A stretch of 64,000 bases of DNA from Mobula hypostoma (lineage: Eukaryota): the NCBI RefSeq assembly GCF_963921235.1, contig NC_086097.1, positions 73,410,001 to 73,474,000 on the forward strand. The letters are read 5' to 3'. Position numbers and translations under genes: made by a program. Shown here one piece after another: positions 26,001 through 38,561 of the stretch (its first letter is position 1; each line of letters begins with the position of its first letter). Under the pieces are notes generated by a model. The model saw nothing but the letters and a program-made list of their open reading frames with translations, ran no database searches and was not told where the DNA came from.

Positions 26001-27423
26001 GGCGAGGCTGGGGCTGGAGGCGGGAGGCGGGGCTGGAGGCGGGAGACGAGGCGAGGCTGGGGCTGGAGGTGGGAGACGAGGCGAGGCTGGGGCTGGAGGC
26101 AAGGCTGGGGCTGGAGGCGGGAGACGAGGCGAGGCTGGGGCTGGAGGCGGGAGACGAGGCTGGGGCTGGAGGCGGGAGACGAGGCGAGGCTGGGGCTGGA
26201 GGCGGGAGACGAGGCGAGGCTGGGGCTGGAGGCGGGAGGCGGGAGGCGAGGCTGGGGCTGGAGGCGGGAGGCGAGGCTGGGGCTGGAGGCGGGAGACGAG
26301 GTGAGGCTGGGGCTGGAGGCGGGAGGCGAGGCGGGAGACGAGGTGAGGCTGGGGCTGGAGGCGGGAGGCGGGGCTGGAGGCGGGAGACGAGGCGAGGCTG
26401 GGGCTGGAGGCGGGAGGCGGGGCTGGAGGCGGGAGACGAGGCGAGGCTGGGGCGGGAGACGAGGCGAGGCTGGGGCGGGAGGCGAGGCGAGGCTGGGGCT
26501 GGAGGCGGGAGGCGAGGCTGGGGCTGGAAGCGGGAGGCAAGGCGAGGCTGGGGCTGGCGGCGGGAGGCGGGGCGAGGCTGGGGCGGCAGGCGGGGCTGGA
26601 GGTGGGAGGCGGGGCTGGAGGCGAGGCGAGGCGGGAGGCGGGAGATGAGGCAAGGCTGAGTCTGGGACGGGAGGCAAGGCTGGGGCGGGAGGCGGGAGAC
26701 AAGGCTGAGGCTGGGACAGGAGGCGGGGCTGGGGCTGGAGGCGGGAGGCGAGGCTGGAGGCGGGAGACGAGGCGGGGCTGGAGGTGAGGCGGGGGTTGGG
26801 GCTGGAGGCAGGAGACGAGGCTGGGGCTGGAGGCGGGAGGCGAGGCGAGGTTGGGGCTGGAGGAGGGAGACTTGAGGCGAGGCTGGGGCTGGAGGAGGGA
26901 GACGAGGCGAGGTTGGGGCTGGAGGAGGGAGACTTGAGGCAAGGCTGGGGCTGGAGGAGGGAGACTTGAGGCGAGGCTGGGCTGCTCCTCTTGGGCAGGG
27001 CGCAGATCTCCTGGGCAGGGCGCGGATCACTACCCAACTGAAGGAAAGGACAGAACCAACCCCAGGTAACGGCAAGACAGCCTGGCTTACCTGGGCGGAG
27101 GCAAGGGACATGAAAGGAGCTAGGTACAGGGTGGCTCCAGGACCAGACAGCAAGACAAGGCAGGGCTTCTGGCAAAGCAAGGCGAGACAGAACTTAAGGC
27201 GAGGAAACAGAAGGCAGAGGAAGGGATCCAAGGAGTAAGGACAAGAACAATCCAGCAACCACGCCCTGGTCTCTGGAGGTATTTATGCAGCCAGCCCCAA
27301 CTAGCATCAGCTGCCTCAATTAGCTCAACAAGGACAGAAACAGGGTAGATAGGAAACCTGGAGCAAGGGTCGATTGACCAGACCGTGAACCGGAATATGG
27401 ACTTCACAGACCGGACTATGACA
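20063..27423 (-). mobile_element. Giant solo LTR (Gypsy/sushi-like) containing an expanded minisatellite
   Basis: Termini TGTCATA...TATGACA; perfect 5-bp TSD CTTTA at 20058-20062 and 27424-27428; minus-strand TATA-like CATAAATA (27280-27287) about 30 nt before GCTGGATTGT; U5-like end resembles that of the 7140 LTR; no gag/pol. Confidence 0.85.
20377..26980. repeat. G-rich 30-bp minisatellite with higher-order structure
   Basis: Unit GAGGCGAGGCTGGGGCTGGAGGCGGGAGAC with short deletion variants; marker variants recur at 429 bp and 2989 bp. Confidence 0.97.
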
Positions 27424-27452
27424 CTTTATCTTTCAGATTTTCTGCCATGAGC

Positions 27453-27455
<3 letters not shown>

Positions 27456-27491
<36 letters not shown>
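27456..27491. repeat. (TC)n microsatellite
   Basis: About 18 uninterrupted TC units. Confidence 0.95.
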
Positions 27492-27494
<3 letters not shown>

Positions 27495-28479
27495 TTTCTT
27501 ATCTCTCCGGCTGCAATCCTGACAACCCCATATGTTGTGCAATGGTAATCCTAAAGTCTTCTGGCAGCATTTTAAGAAGAAATATTCTAGTGACACTGTC
27601 TGTTTTGTGAGGAAAGGAGACATGTAGAATGGTTTTGTGTCTTGTGTTTATTTCAGTTTGCTGCCTAAGTTTCACAAAGAATCAACGAGGATAGATCGCT
27701 AACTGTATAAGTTTGGCAGAAACTGTGACATCTATTATCTGTACTTTTTTAAATCTCAGATGATCTGCTTCTCTAGCAAGCAGTGGTTGGTGATCAACTC
27801 CAGCTGGGAATCAGCCAGTATACCTGTATTTTAGCTTTTGTGCCTTGTATCCATCTTTAGGCCGTACATATTAGTAACTGTTTTGTTAACCTGCCGTACC
27901 ATATTCAACTATGTTCACAAAGGCACCCAGTCCTTCTTTCCTTACGCCATCCTTAAAACTGTAAAATTATCTCATTGTTCATTTCAAAAGTCATAACTTT
28001 CCATTTCCCATGTCTACCTTCATATGCATCCATCTCACCTGCCCCTCAGCACCTGGGGTTGATGACTATTTGCCACACTTACTACAAATATTTCTCGCTC
28101 AGCTTTGGATCATCAACATGGTCGGAAGTTATACTTGGTCATCTCATCTGGCCCCTCAAAACAAATTTCTATGATCCTTGGAGCATTCTTGCACTTTACC
28201 AAATGCAATGCTGAACATAAGGTATTTTTCCCCTTGGTTTTCTGATCCTGAACAAATCCACATTCCTTGGTCATGGTGGACCCAGCCATCTGCATAGTTT
28301 TACTGCCTGGACTTGCCTTTTAAGGGTTCAGAGTTCTGATTGACTTCACTGTCCACACACAAGAGGCAACTAGCAAGGCAGAGCCTTCATCAGGCAGTAT
28401 TCATACCTCAGGCAACTTTCTGCTCAGGACCTGCTCCAGGAAGACCATTGTCAATAATTTCACAAAAAAGATTTGGTTA

Positions 28480-29660
28480 TAGTATAGAAGTGTAGAGTAC
28501 AGCATAGGAACAGGCCATTCGGCTGACACTAATCCCTCCTACCTACACCATGTCCATATCCCTCCATCTTTCTTATATCCATGTGCCTTTCCAAACATCT
28601 CTTAAAAAGCCTCTGATGTATTTGCCATTACCACCATACCAAGTAGTGCATTCCAGACATCCATGACTCTCTGAGTAAAAAACATACCCCTCACATCCCC
28701 CTTTAACCTAGCCCCTCTCACCTTCAATGTATGCTGTCTGGAATTAGACATTTCAACCCTGGGAAACAGATACTCTCTATCCATTCCATCTATGCCTCTC
28801 ATAATCTTGTAAACATCTATCAGATCTCCCTCAACCTCCTTGGCTGCAGAGAAAACAACTTGAGTTTATCCAGACTCTCAGGATAGCACATGCCCTCTAA
28901 ACCAGGCAACATCCTTGTAAACCCTTCTGCACCCTCTCCAAAGCCTCAACATCCTTCCTGTAGTGGGTCGACAAGAACTGTACCCAGTACTCCAGATGGC
29001 CTAACCAGTGTTTTATAAAGTTACAATGTAAGCTCCTGACTTTTGATCTCAGTGCCTCGACTAATGAAAGCAATCATTCTATAAGCCTTAACCACCTTGT
29101 CAACCCGTGTAGCCACTTTCAAGGAGCTGTGATCTTGGATCCCAGATCTCCCTGCTCAGCAACACTGTTAAGGACCTTGCCCTTAGTGTACTGTCTCCTT
29201 ACATTTGCCCTGCCAAGGTGCAGCACCACACATTTGTCTGGGTTAAACTCCATCTGCCATTTCTCAGCCCATACTATGCTGTATTCTTTGCCAGTGTTCT
29301 ACACTATCCACAATTCCACCAATCTTGGTATCATCTGCAGATTTACTAACCCACCTATCTACATTTTCATCCAGGTCACTTATATGACAGCAGAGATCCC
29401 AGCACAGATCCCTGTGGAACTTCACTAATTACAGACCACTAGCTCAAATAAGTCCCTTCAAGCACTACTCTCTGTCTTGTATGTGCAGGCCAGTTCTGAA
29501 TCCAAGCAGCCAATTCATCACTGATCCCATGCATCGTAATCTTCTGGATTAGCCTCCCATAAGGGATATTGTCAAACACCTTATTAAAATCCATGTAGGC
29601 AATGTCTACTGCCCTACCCTCATCAATCCCATCACCTTGTCAAAAAACTCAATCAGGTCT
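28480..29660 (-). mobile_element. Decayed CR1 LINE 3' fragment
   Basis: RGIDGMDREYLFPRV and FFTQRVMDVWNAL; DGVPQGSVLG-like and MDFNKVFD remnants. Confidence 0.85.
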
Positions 29661-30426
29661 AAAACATAAAATTAATATAAATGTACAGAAGTTATTTATA
29701 TTTATGTTTAAAGCCCTTAAATAAAAGCAAGGTATCCAAAACACATAACCAATGTAAAATCACTTAAGCGTTCACCTGAACTTTTCTCTTTGCACCCTGG
29801 AGCTAGTAGTATCTCTAGCCTACCAAAATGCCCATCTGTTCCCCACTCCTTGCTGAAGAACAGGTCTGGCAGCAGAGCACAAGATGCGAGATGCCAAAGT
29901 CTGACCTTGAGCGTTGATGGAGGTTTGAGCCCGGTTGACTTCTGAACACTTACAGAACTGCTAACTCTCTCTATCCCTGTAGTTCTGATGCTGTGTGTTC
30001 TATGCTTGAGTAAAACCTTACTAAATGCTTGATTCCACAGTAATTGTTTTTCTATTCTAAAGAAGGTGAGCATTAAGTAGGAAATACAGCAGGAAGCAGT
30101 GAAAAAATTTGTCACATTCTGACTGAACATGTTATTAACATCATGTGGTTTCACATATTCAGAATAAGAGCTTTTAAGATGCAACACATTTTATTGTGAT
30201 TTCGGACTGCTGATATCTCTTTCTTACCCCAAGCTGCTGACTCAAGCAGACTGTTATTGGGAATGATGGCATAACGAAAATGAAATGAAGTGATAATTAT
30301 TGTGATGGGGATACAGATACAGTTACTGAACTGAGGTGTATTAAAGTGTCTTTTATTTTGGATTGTAAGGGGACATACAAAATTGGTCCCAAAAGATCAC
30401 ATTTAGAACTGCATCTGTATCTGATA

Positions 30427-31040
30427 AACACATGAGATTCTGCATATGCTGGAAATTTGGAGTGACACAAACAAAATGCTGGATGAACTCAGCAGGTCAG
30501 GCAGCATCTGTAGAAAGGAATAAACAGTTAACATTTCTAGTTGAAGCCCTTTATCATGATTGAAAAGAAAGGGGGAGGAAGCGAGAATATGAAGATGAGG
30601 TGAGAGAAAGGATTACAAGCTAGAAGATGATAGGTGAAGACAAGTGGATGGGGAAAGGGGATGAAGTGAGAAGCTCGGAGGAGATAGGTGGAAAAGGTAA
30701 AGGGCTGAAGAAGAAATCTGACTGGAGAGGAGAGTGGACCATAGGAGAAAGGGAAGGAGAGAGGGGCACCAGGGAATGGAATAGGAAAAGAGTTATGAGG
30801 GGAGCCAGAGTGGGTAATGGAAGAAGAGGGAAAGGGAAGGGGGAAAGATTACTGCAAGTTAAAGAAATTGATGCTCAAGCCATTAAGTTGGAGGTTACCC
30901 AAATGGAATATGAAGTGTTGTTCCTCCAACCTGAGATTGGCCTCGTCATGGCAGTAGAGATGGCCATCAACTGACACGTCTGAACAGGAGTCGGGGTTTG
31001 GTATTTAAATCACTGGCCACTGGAAAATCCTGCTTGTTGG
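30427..31040 (-). mobile_element. Penelope 3' fragment: C-terminal ORF remnant, purine-rich tract and terminal repeat
   Basis: pLTR AAAATGCTGGATGAACTCAGCAGGTCAGGCAGCATC; minus-strand LEEQHFIFHLGNLQLNGLSINF; same layout as 38562-38993. Confidence 0.75.
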
Positions 31041-31559
31041 TTGTTCATGAATCCAGGAGTTTCAAGATTTAGCAGAAGATAGCCCTGTTTGTAATAGTTA
31101 TCCTGTTCAATCCAAAGTTCAACTTTGATAAAATAAAGACAGAAAGCTATACTATTGCTGTTGTACACATGCAGAAATTAATCTGTGCCAACTCATTCTT
31201 ATACATTTATTGTTTTCCAGTTGATCTCAGCAGCAGAATAAAACCATGATGAACAGTTTCAATAGACCAAGTGTACCTGACCTAATGATGTCATGTTTCT
31301 ATTTTTAAACTGCACCCAACCAGAGGAATTAAGATATGATGCTCAGAGTACAGAGAAGTAATTGAATGACTAAAATGAAAGTGAAATTAAAAAATACAGG
31401 ACTTGGGTGCTGCATTCTCACCCTGTAATCAAAATAGTGGATTATGAGGCATGCAAACAATATATGACTTCTGGCTCTGCAGTTTGTAATCCTAAAATAA
31501 GAAGAATTCATTCTGCCTTTTACAGAACCCAAGGGAGTGTTATGCTCCCTCTGGGACTC

Positions 31560-32365
31560 ACTGAGAGTGAAATTTTCTGTGGTGAATGTAACTGCAGTAG
31601 TCATTGTCTGAAAAATCTCAGCCTGACTCCCCTGTTTCCTGCAGTATCCCTTACATTAAATTATTTGAGTCTTTGTTTTACTGTTTTAAAGAAAGTTGTG
31701 GTGGGATGATAATGTGTTTTAGAAAGTATTACTCAAGGTGATAACTAATATGTTGTCACAGATTAAAGACTAGTTCATAGACTGAAGAACAGGTTAGTTT
31801 GATGGGGGAGGATTATTAACGTAGCTCCACAAGGCTCTGTGCTAAGAACAAAGGTATTTACAATTTGTATTGCACTTTGATGAGGGAATTGAGTATCATA
31901 TCGAAATTGGTTGACAATACAAACCAGATGGGAAAGTAAGTTATGAAGAAGATGCAGAGAATTGGGCTGGTTATGTAATTGTGCAAAATGGCAGGTGGTA
32001 TAATAATATGGATCAATGAAAATTAGGTACTTTACCAGGAAAAATGGAAAAGTAAATCTTTTTTTGGAAAAGCTGAGTGGATTGCTAATGTACTACGAGA
32101 TTTGGGTATCCGTGTACCGAAAACAAAATTCACACTGGAAGAGCAGACAGGTACAAAGTCAAAGAACAAGATAATTGTTATACTCAGTGTGTTGAGGTTA
32201 AGCAAAATAAAATTTTGCAGAGAATGTATGGGGCTTGTGCAAGTCCACACCTGGACAATTGTGTTCAATTTGGGCTCTACCTTAGGTAGGAGATGCTTGG
32301 CTTAGGGCAGTCCGGAGAACAGTTCATTGAATCCTGAGGTCCATTAATTGTTCTGGGATTAGCCT
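31560..32365 (+). mobile_element. Very old CR1 remnant, continuing at 34618-34868
   Basis: VAPQGSVL, KLVDNTN and VQVHTWTIVF-like remnants; split by the L1 insertion. Confidence 0.55.
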
Positions 32366-32379
32366 GAGCACCTATCCTC

Positions 32380-34603
32380 TTTCTTTCTTTCTTTCTTTTT
32401 AAATCTTTTTATTAATTTTCAAAATTATAAACTCAATAACAAATTTGGTACAAAGAAATTGTAATGTTAATCAGCATATATAAAACGAATTTTAAGTAAC
32501 ATAGATATAAAAGACTTCCAAACTCATAATGAAATTAGTCATTAAAAAAGAAATAAAGAGAAAAAAATATATATAAACAAAAAAAACCCCAAAAGAAAAA
32601 GAGAAAAAAAATCCCAAAAGAAATAAAACAGGGCTAGTCCAATAGCTTGTATCAGACGCATTCAGTAATGTCGTTAACTCCGCTCCTCTAATCATATAAT
32701 TTAAGTTTTAAAAAAAGATTCAGGAAGGCCAGATTACATCATATGAAAATGTTGCATAAAAGGTTTCCAAGTTTCTTCAAATTTAACCGAAGGATCAAAA
32801 ATATCACTTCTAATTTTTTCTAAATTTAAACTTAATATAGTTTGAAAAAACCATTGGAATGTAGTTGGAGGATTAGTTTCCTTCCAGTTCAACAAAATAG
32901 ATCTTCTCGCCATTAAAGTAACAAATGCTATCATCCGACAGGCTGAAGAAGACAAAGGTCAATGTTCTACCATTGGCAATCCAAAAATTGCCGTAATAGG
33001 ATGGGGTTTTAAGTCAAAGCATAGAACTATTGAAATAATATCAGAAATATCTTTCCAATAGTTTTCCAAAAGAGGACAAGACCAAAACATATGGGTTAAA
33101 GAGGCCACTTCAGAGTGACATCTATCACAAATAGAATTTATATGGGAATAAAAACGAGCTAATTTATTTTTGGACATATGGGCTCTGTGTACTACTTTAG
33201 ATTGTATTAATGTATGTTTAGCACATATAGAAGAAGTACTAACTAATTAAAAAAAATTTTCCCATTTCTCTATAGGTAAACAAAGTTGAAGTTCCCTTTT
33301 CCATTCATTTTTAATTTTATCAGATATACCTGGCTGTAATTTCATAATTATATAATAAATAATTGCTTATTAATCCCTTCTGCAAAGGATTTAGGCCTAA
33401 ATTTTTATCAATAATGCCAGTAGGATTTGAAGTCGGAAAGGTAGGCAACGTAGTATTTAAAAAATTTCTTATTTGTAAGTATCTGAAAAAATGGGATCTG
33501 GGCAAATCAAATTTCTCAGATAACTGCTCAAAAGACATAAAACAGTTATCCAAAAATAAATCACGAAAATATATTATACCTTTCGTTTTCCATATCAAAA
33601 AGGCTTGGTCCATTACAGGGGGCTGAAAAAAGAAATTAGATATAATAGGACTTGATAACATGAATTCGTTCAAACCAAAAAATTTAGGAAACTGAAACCA
33701 TATTCACAATGTATGTTTAACTATAGGGTTAAACATTTGTTTATTCAATTTAGATAGTACAAAAGGCAGTGAAGTTCCTAAAATAGAAGCTAAAGAAAAT
33801 CCCTGTACAGAGTGGCCTTCAAGGTTTACCCAGTGTGGGCTTGGAGTTATATTCCAATCTTGCATCCGAAATATTAAATAGCGAATGTTAATTGACCAGT
33901 AATAAAATCTTAGGTTAGGCAATGCCAAACCACTCTCTTTCTTAGATTTCTGTAAGTATTTTTTACTTAATCTGGGATTTTTATTTTGCCATATATAAGA
34001 GGAGATTTTAGAATCAATAGTATCGAAAAAAGATTTAGGAATAAAAATTGGTATCGTTTGAAATAAGTATAGAAATTTAGGTAAAATAATCATTTTAATA
34101 GCATTAATTCGGCCAATCAATGATAGAGACAATGGGACCACTTAGTAATCAGTTGTTTAACCTGATTAATTAATGGTAAAAAGTTAAAATTGAATAGATC
34201 CTTATGTCTCTTAGTAATTTTAACTCCTAAATAAGTAAAATAGTCAGTAGTCACTCTAAATGGAGAATTTCTATGAGTAGGAACCTGCATATTTAATGGA
34301 AAGAGTTCACTCTTACCTAGGTTCAATTTATAACCAGAAAAACTATTAAACTGGGCAAGCAAAGTTAATACTGCCGGAATAGATTTCCCTGGATTAGAAA
34401 TATATAATAGTAGATCATCTGCATATAATGATAATTTGTGAGTCTCATTTCCACGGGTAATGTCAAATATATTAGGGGAGTCACGAATGGCAATAGCTAG
34501 CGGGTCCAAAGCAATATCAAATAGTAGTGGACTGAGAGGACAACCACGGAATAGATGAAAAAGAGGGGATCTTTGATTATTAGTAAATACCGAAGCCAAA
34601 GGG
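32380..34603 (-). mobile_element. 5'-truncated L1-clade LINE: ORF2 RT, C-terminus and A-rich tail
   Basis: GCPLSPLLF, LYADDLL, GRINAIKMIILPKFLYLFQ and CDRC..SLTHMFWSC; (AAAG)n/A tail at 32380-32400; 14-bp TSD GAGCACCTATCCTC / GAGCACCTATTCTC at 32366-32379 and 34604-34617. Confidence 0.92.
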
Positions 34604-34868
34604 GAGCACCTATTCTCAAGAGTTAAGGAGAATTAAAACAGAGTTCTGAATGTATGAAGTGGTGTAGATATTGGGAAGCAGGTCCCTTTCTTTGCTGAGT
34701 TAGCGGCTGGGGATTTCTGTCTTATGGATTACATACTTAGAACTATGATGAGAGGACCGATGGTTTTGCGATGAGAATGCTCAGGTTCAGTCATTATCTC
34801 ACTGAATGCTGACGCAGCTCTCACTGGAAGCATGAAATTTTCTGTGGTGAATGTTAACTGCAGCAGTC

Positions 34869-36645
34869 TTTTTTTAATTTCAAAATATACTTTATTCAAA
34901 AATAAAATTATATACAATAAACCATTCAATGACTCTCAATCCTTTACACACATTTCCCTTATGGTCTCTAGGTATCCATACTTTTGGCCACCCACGTGGC
35001 ACTCTGTTGTTTCACCTTTCCACACCACTGTTGAGGGGTATACTCCCCACCACCCGACCCCTCCCACTCCCGCGGAAGAACCCAAAACTGTGGTCCTTCC
35101 CCACCGGGCCCTTGCGGTGGCTGCACCAAGTTTCAGCACTTCCCTCAGCACATACTCCTGCAGCCAAGAATGTGCCAGTCGGCAGCATTCTCCCACGGAC
35201 ATCTCCATGTGCTGGAAGATCATCAAGTTTCGGGCCGACCAAAGAGCGTCTTTCACCAAGTTGATGATCTGCCAGCAGCACCGGATGTTGGTCTCCGTGT
35301 GCGTCCCCGGGAACAGCCCGTAGATCTGTTACGCTGCTGCTGGGGATGAAACGTGACACTAGCCCGTCCATCCTCCTTCACACCTTCTCTGCGAACTCAC
35401 AGTGTGCAAAGAGATGGGTCACAGACTCCTCCTCACTGCAGTCCTCCCGTGGGCAGTGGGGTGTGGAGACGATGTCCCAGGCGTACAGAAGGGATCTGAC
35501 TGGGAGGGCCCCTCTCACCGCCAGCCAGTCGAGGTCCTGGTGCCTGTTGATGAGGTCTGGTGATGAGGCATTTTGCCAGATGAAATGGACGGTCTGCTCA
35601 GGGAACCACCCCACTGTGTCCATCACGTCCTTCTCCTGCAGTGCCTGCAGGACATTACTGGCTGACCACTGCCTGATGGCCCTGTGGTCAAAGGCGTTCT
35701 CCTGGAAGAACTTTTCTATGAAGGACAGGTATGGCGGCAACAACCAGCTGACTGGGGTGTTGAGCGGGAGTGGGGCCAGACCCATCCTTCGTAGCCAGGG
35801 CGACAGGTAGAACCTGGGCACATAGTGGTACTTGGTGCCCTCATATCTGGGTTCTACACACAACCTGATGCAGCCACACACGAAGCTGGCCATCAGTGTG
35901 AGGGCGACATTGGGGACGTTCTTGCCCCCATTGTCCAGGGACTTGTGCATAACGGTCCATCTGACCCACTCCATCTTGGATCCCCAGACGAATCTGAAGT
36001 CAGCCTGGGTGATTTCCAAGCTGTAGGAGCGAGGGACGGGCCACACCTGCGCCAAGTACAGCAACCCTGAGGGCACCTCACACCTGATGACCAGATTCCT
36101 GACTATTATCGATAGGGAGCGCCCTCCCCACAGTCCCAGTTTCTGTTTCACCTTGGCAGTCCACTCCTGCCAGTTCTTGTTGCACGCCTTGGCCCCTCTG
36201 AACTAGATCCCCAACACCTTCACGTGATCAGACCTGATGGTGAAGGGGACACTGGATCGGTCAGACCAGTTGCCGAAGAGCATGGCTTCACTCTTCATGC
36301 GGTTGACCCTGGCCCCCGACGCTAGCTCAAACTGTTTGCAGATGCTGATCAGCCTGCGAACTGACCTCAGATCAGAGCAGAAGACGGTGATGTCGTCCAT
36401 GTACAGGGAGGTTTTCACTTGGGTCCGTCCACTGCCTGGCAGCGTCACCCCTCTTATGCCCTCATCCTGATGGCTTCCGCAAAGGGTTCTATGCAGCACA
36501 CAAACAAGACAAGGGAGAGGGGACAGCCCTGCCTGACTCCAGACCTGATGGGGAAGCTGTCTGTTTCCCACCCGTTGACCTGGACTGCACTACAGATGTC
36601 TGTGTACAGCAGTCTGATCCAGTTCCGGATTCCCTCCCCAAATCC
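34869..36645 (-). mobile_element. 5'-truncated Tx1-like (L1 group) LINE
   Basis: SGVRQGCPLSP, LYMDDIT, HKSLDNGGKNVPN and CPREDCSEEESVTHLFAHC; AATAAA and A tail at about 34869-34900; GC-rich relative to its flanks. Confidence 0.88.
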
Positions 36646-37016
36646 ACTTTCTCAAAAATCACAGCCTGACTACCCTGCTTCCTGTGGTATTCTTAAAATT
36701 AAGTACCCTAAGCTTTTGTTTCACCCTTGTAAGTTGTGAGGGTAATGTGATAATAAGGTTTTGCACAGAATGATAACTAATTTGTTGGCAGTGATTGAAG
36801 ATTTGTAACGAGAGTTCTTCTCTGAGATATAATTTGATAAAACTCTGTACCCTAAAACATAACAGTTGCTCAATCATTTGGCACATTCAAAGCAGAGTAT
36901 GATAGATTTTTAGTCATTGAGGAAATACAGGAATTTAGAGAGGGTGGGAACTACATTTTATATATAGTTTCACATTTGATTTTATGGAATAACAGCAGAC
37001 TGAATAGGTGTATAGC

Positions 37017-37018
<2 letters not shown>

Positions 37019-37048
<30 letters not shown>
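37019..37048. repeat. (AC)n microsatellite
   Basis: About 15 AC units. Confidence 0.95.
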
Positions 37049-37050
<2 letters not shown>

Positions 37051-38561
37051 TTTTTTAGGTCACATGTCTCTTAGATTTTACTTTCCAGCACAGGAGGCCT
37101 TAATAAGCCCAAACATGTAATGAAACATTGTGGGAATGCAGTCACAGTGCATGTGTTATAGAGGGTAACAGTACACTTGGCTACAGTCGGATCAGATTTT
37201 TGTCCATTCTGAATGTGGTTCTGACTACAGCCATCTTTACTTGGGTGCCTGCACCTGTGCCTGTTTTCATGAAGTGTAGTTAAGGTTCGGGGAGATAGGC
37301 TGCCTGCTCCTGCCTCTGTTTCAACACTGTTATGTTGGCATTGTAAACTGTCTCATTGTCCCACATCTCCCTGCAGCAGGCAGGTCCCACAGGCAGTAAC
37401 CTTCATGGTGTGACTGCATGACTATAATCCTCTGCAATCTTGAGCAAATCTGGCACTAGTTTCCGCCCCCACATCCATGTGATTTTCTAAAAGGTGTGTC
37501 AATAACCATCACAATAGACAAAAGCAAGGTGAGATAAGGTTAAGGAATTATTTAGTGGGTTGGGTCAAGGTGGGTTTTTATTGGCACCTTAGACCAAAAC
37601 TAGTCCTTAGATACTTATGGAAGTTCATGGCTTCTTTGAAATATACAAAGGAAGTAAGTGAATCAGAGATGGAGAATCATAATTCCCTCAAATAAATTTC
37701 AAAATACGGCAGATTTTTTTAACTTTTTAGTTTTAACAATAATTGTGTGCATGTTCTAGTCTTTGTGTTCTGTGAAGAATTTATAATATTGGTTAAGATT
37801 GGTCTTTTTCCTTGATTAAAGAATTATTTCTTATGATCAGCTTGACAGCATTTCTAACTGTTGAATGCCAGAGATTTCCCTTCATCTGACATCTGGCAGG
37901 AATAGATGTTGATAATGAGCAGTCTAGAGCTAAGTGGTGGATGGACTCCTCTCAGCCTCCTTTACTTTTGACAGCAAAATTTAGCGAATTATTGTTGCTT
38001 TTAAGTATGTGGACTGCAAGCTTAAAATACCTGTTATGACTTGATGCCAAATGATGGCTATCAGAGGGTGGAACCAAGCGTTTAACTGAACAGAGAATTG
38101 GAATCTATTGTGCGTTTTTCCCTCAGCTCTATTCTGACTCTTCAGCAACTGCAGAGGCACAGTGCACCTCTTAGTCCTGCATGATGTTGAATTCTAGGTC
38201 TGTAGTGATCATTGAGTAAACTTGATACGACTCATTAGGATTGTGGTTCCCTGCAATTGCAGACAGCAGCATACTTTCTCTGAGCACCCCAGAGAGAAAT
38301 ATAAAGTTAAGTGAAAGTATAAGTACTGTACACAATTTAGTTACTGAAATAAAATTCACCCAGTACTGAAAGTGCTTCACCAAGATGTATACAAATATAA
38401 AATACAAAACAGCTCTCGCTGACCAAGGTAAAGCAGAAAATGGGCAAGTTGAGTCGTTAAAGCACAGAAGACATTTCAGGCTATCTTTGTAACTGAAGCT
38501 CCTCAATTCTTATACCCACGCAGTGAGTCTGTACTACAGCAAGTCATTATGTGTACAGTCA

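Noticed and set aside
20377..26980. CRISPR array or immunoglobulin switch region
   Set aside because: No unique spacers or cas genes; AGCT motifs absent; enclosed in an LTR with a TSD
20285..27258. Giant 700-2300 aa ORFs in nearly all six frames (Pro/Ser- or Gly/Arg-rich)
   Set aside because: The repeat has T almost only in TGG (plus) or TC (minus), so stop codons rarely arise. Unit-length variants shift frame freely and there is no frame preference
19965..27438. TTTATCTTTCAGAT on both sides of the solo LTR as a long TSD
   Set aside because: The left copy is about 85 bp from the terminus; the true TSD is the adjacent CTTTA
38127..38174. Alternative terminal STXBP6 exon after tttttccctcag (LYSDSSATAEAQCTS*)
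   Set aside because: Only an acceptor-like motif; no similarity to the known C-terminus
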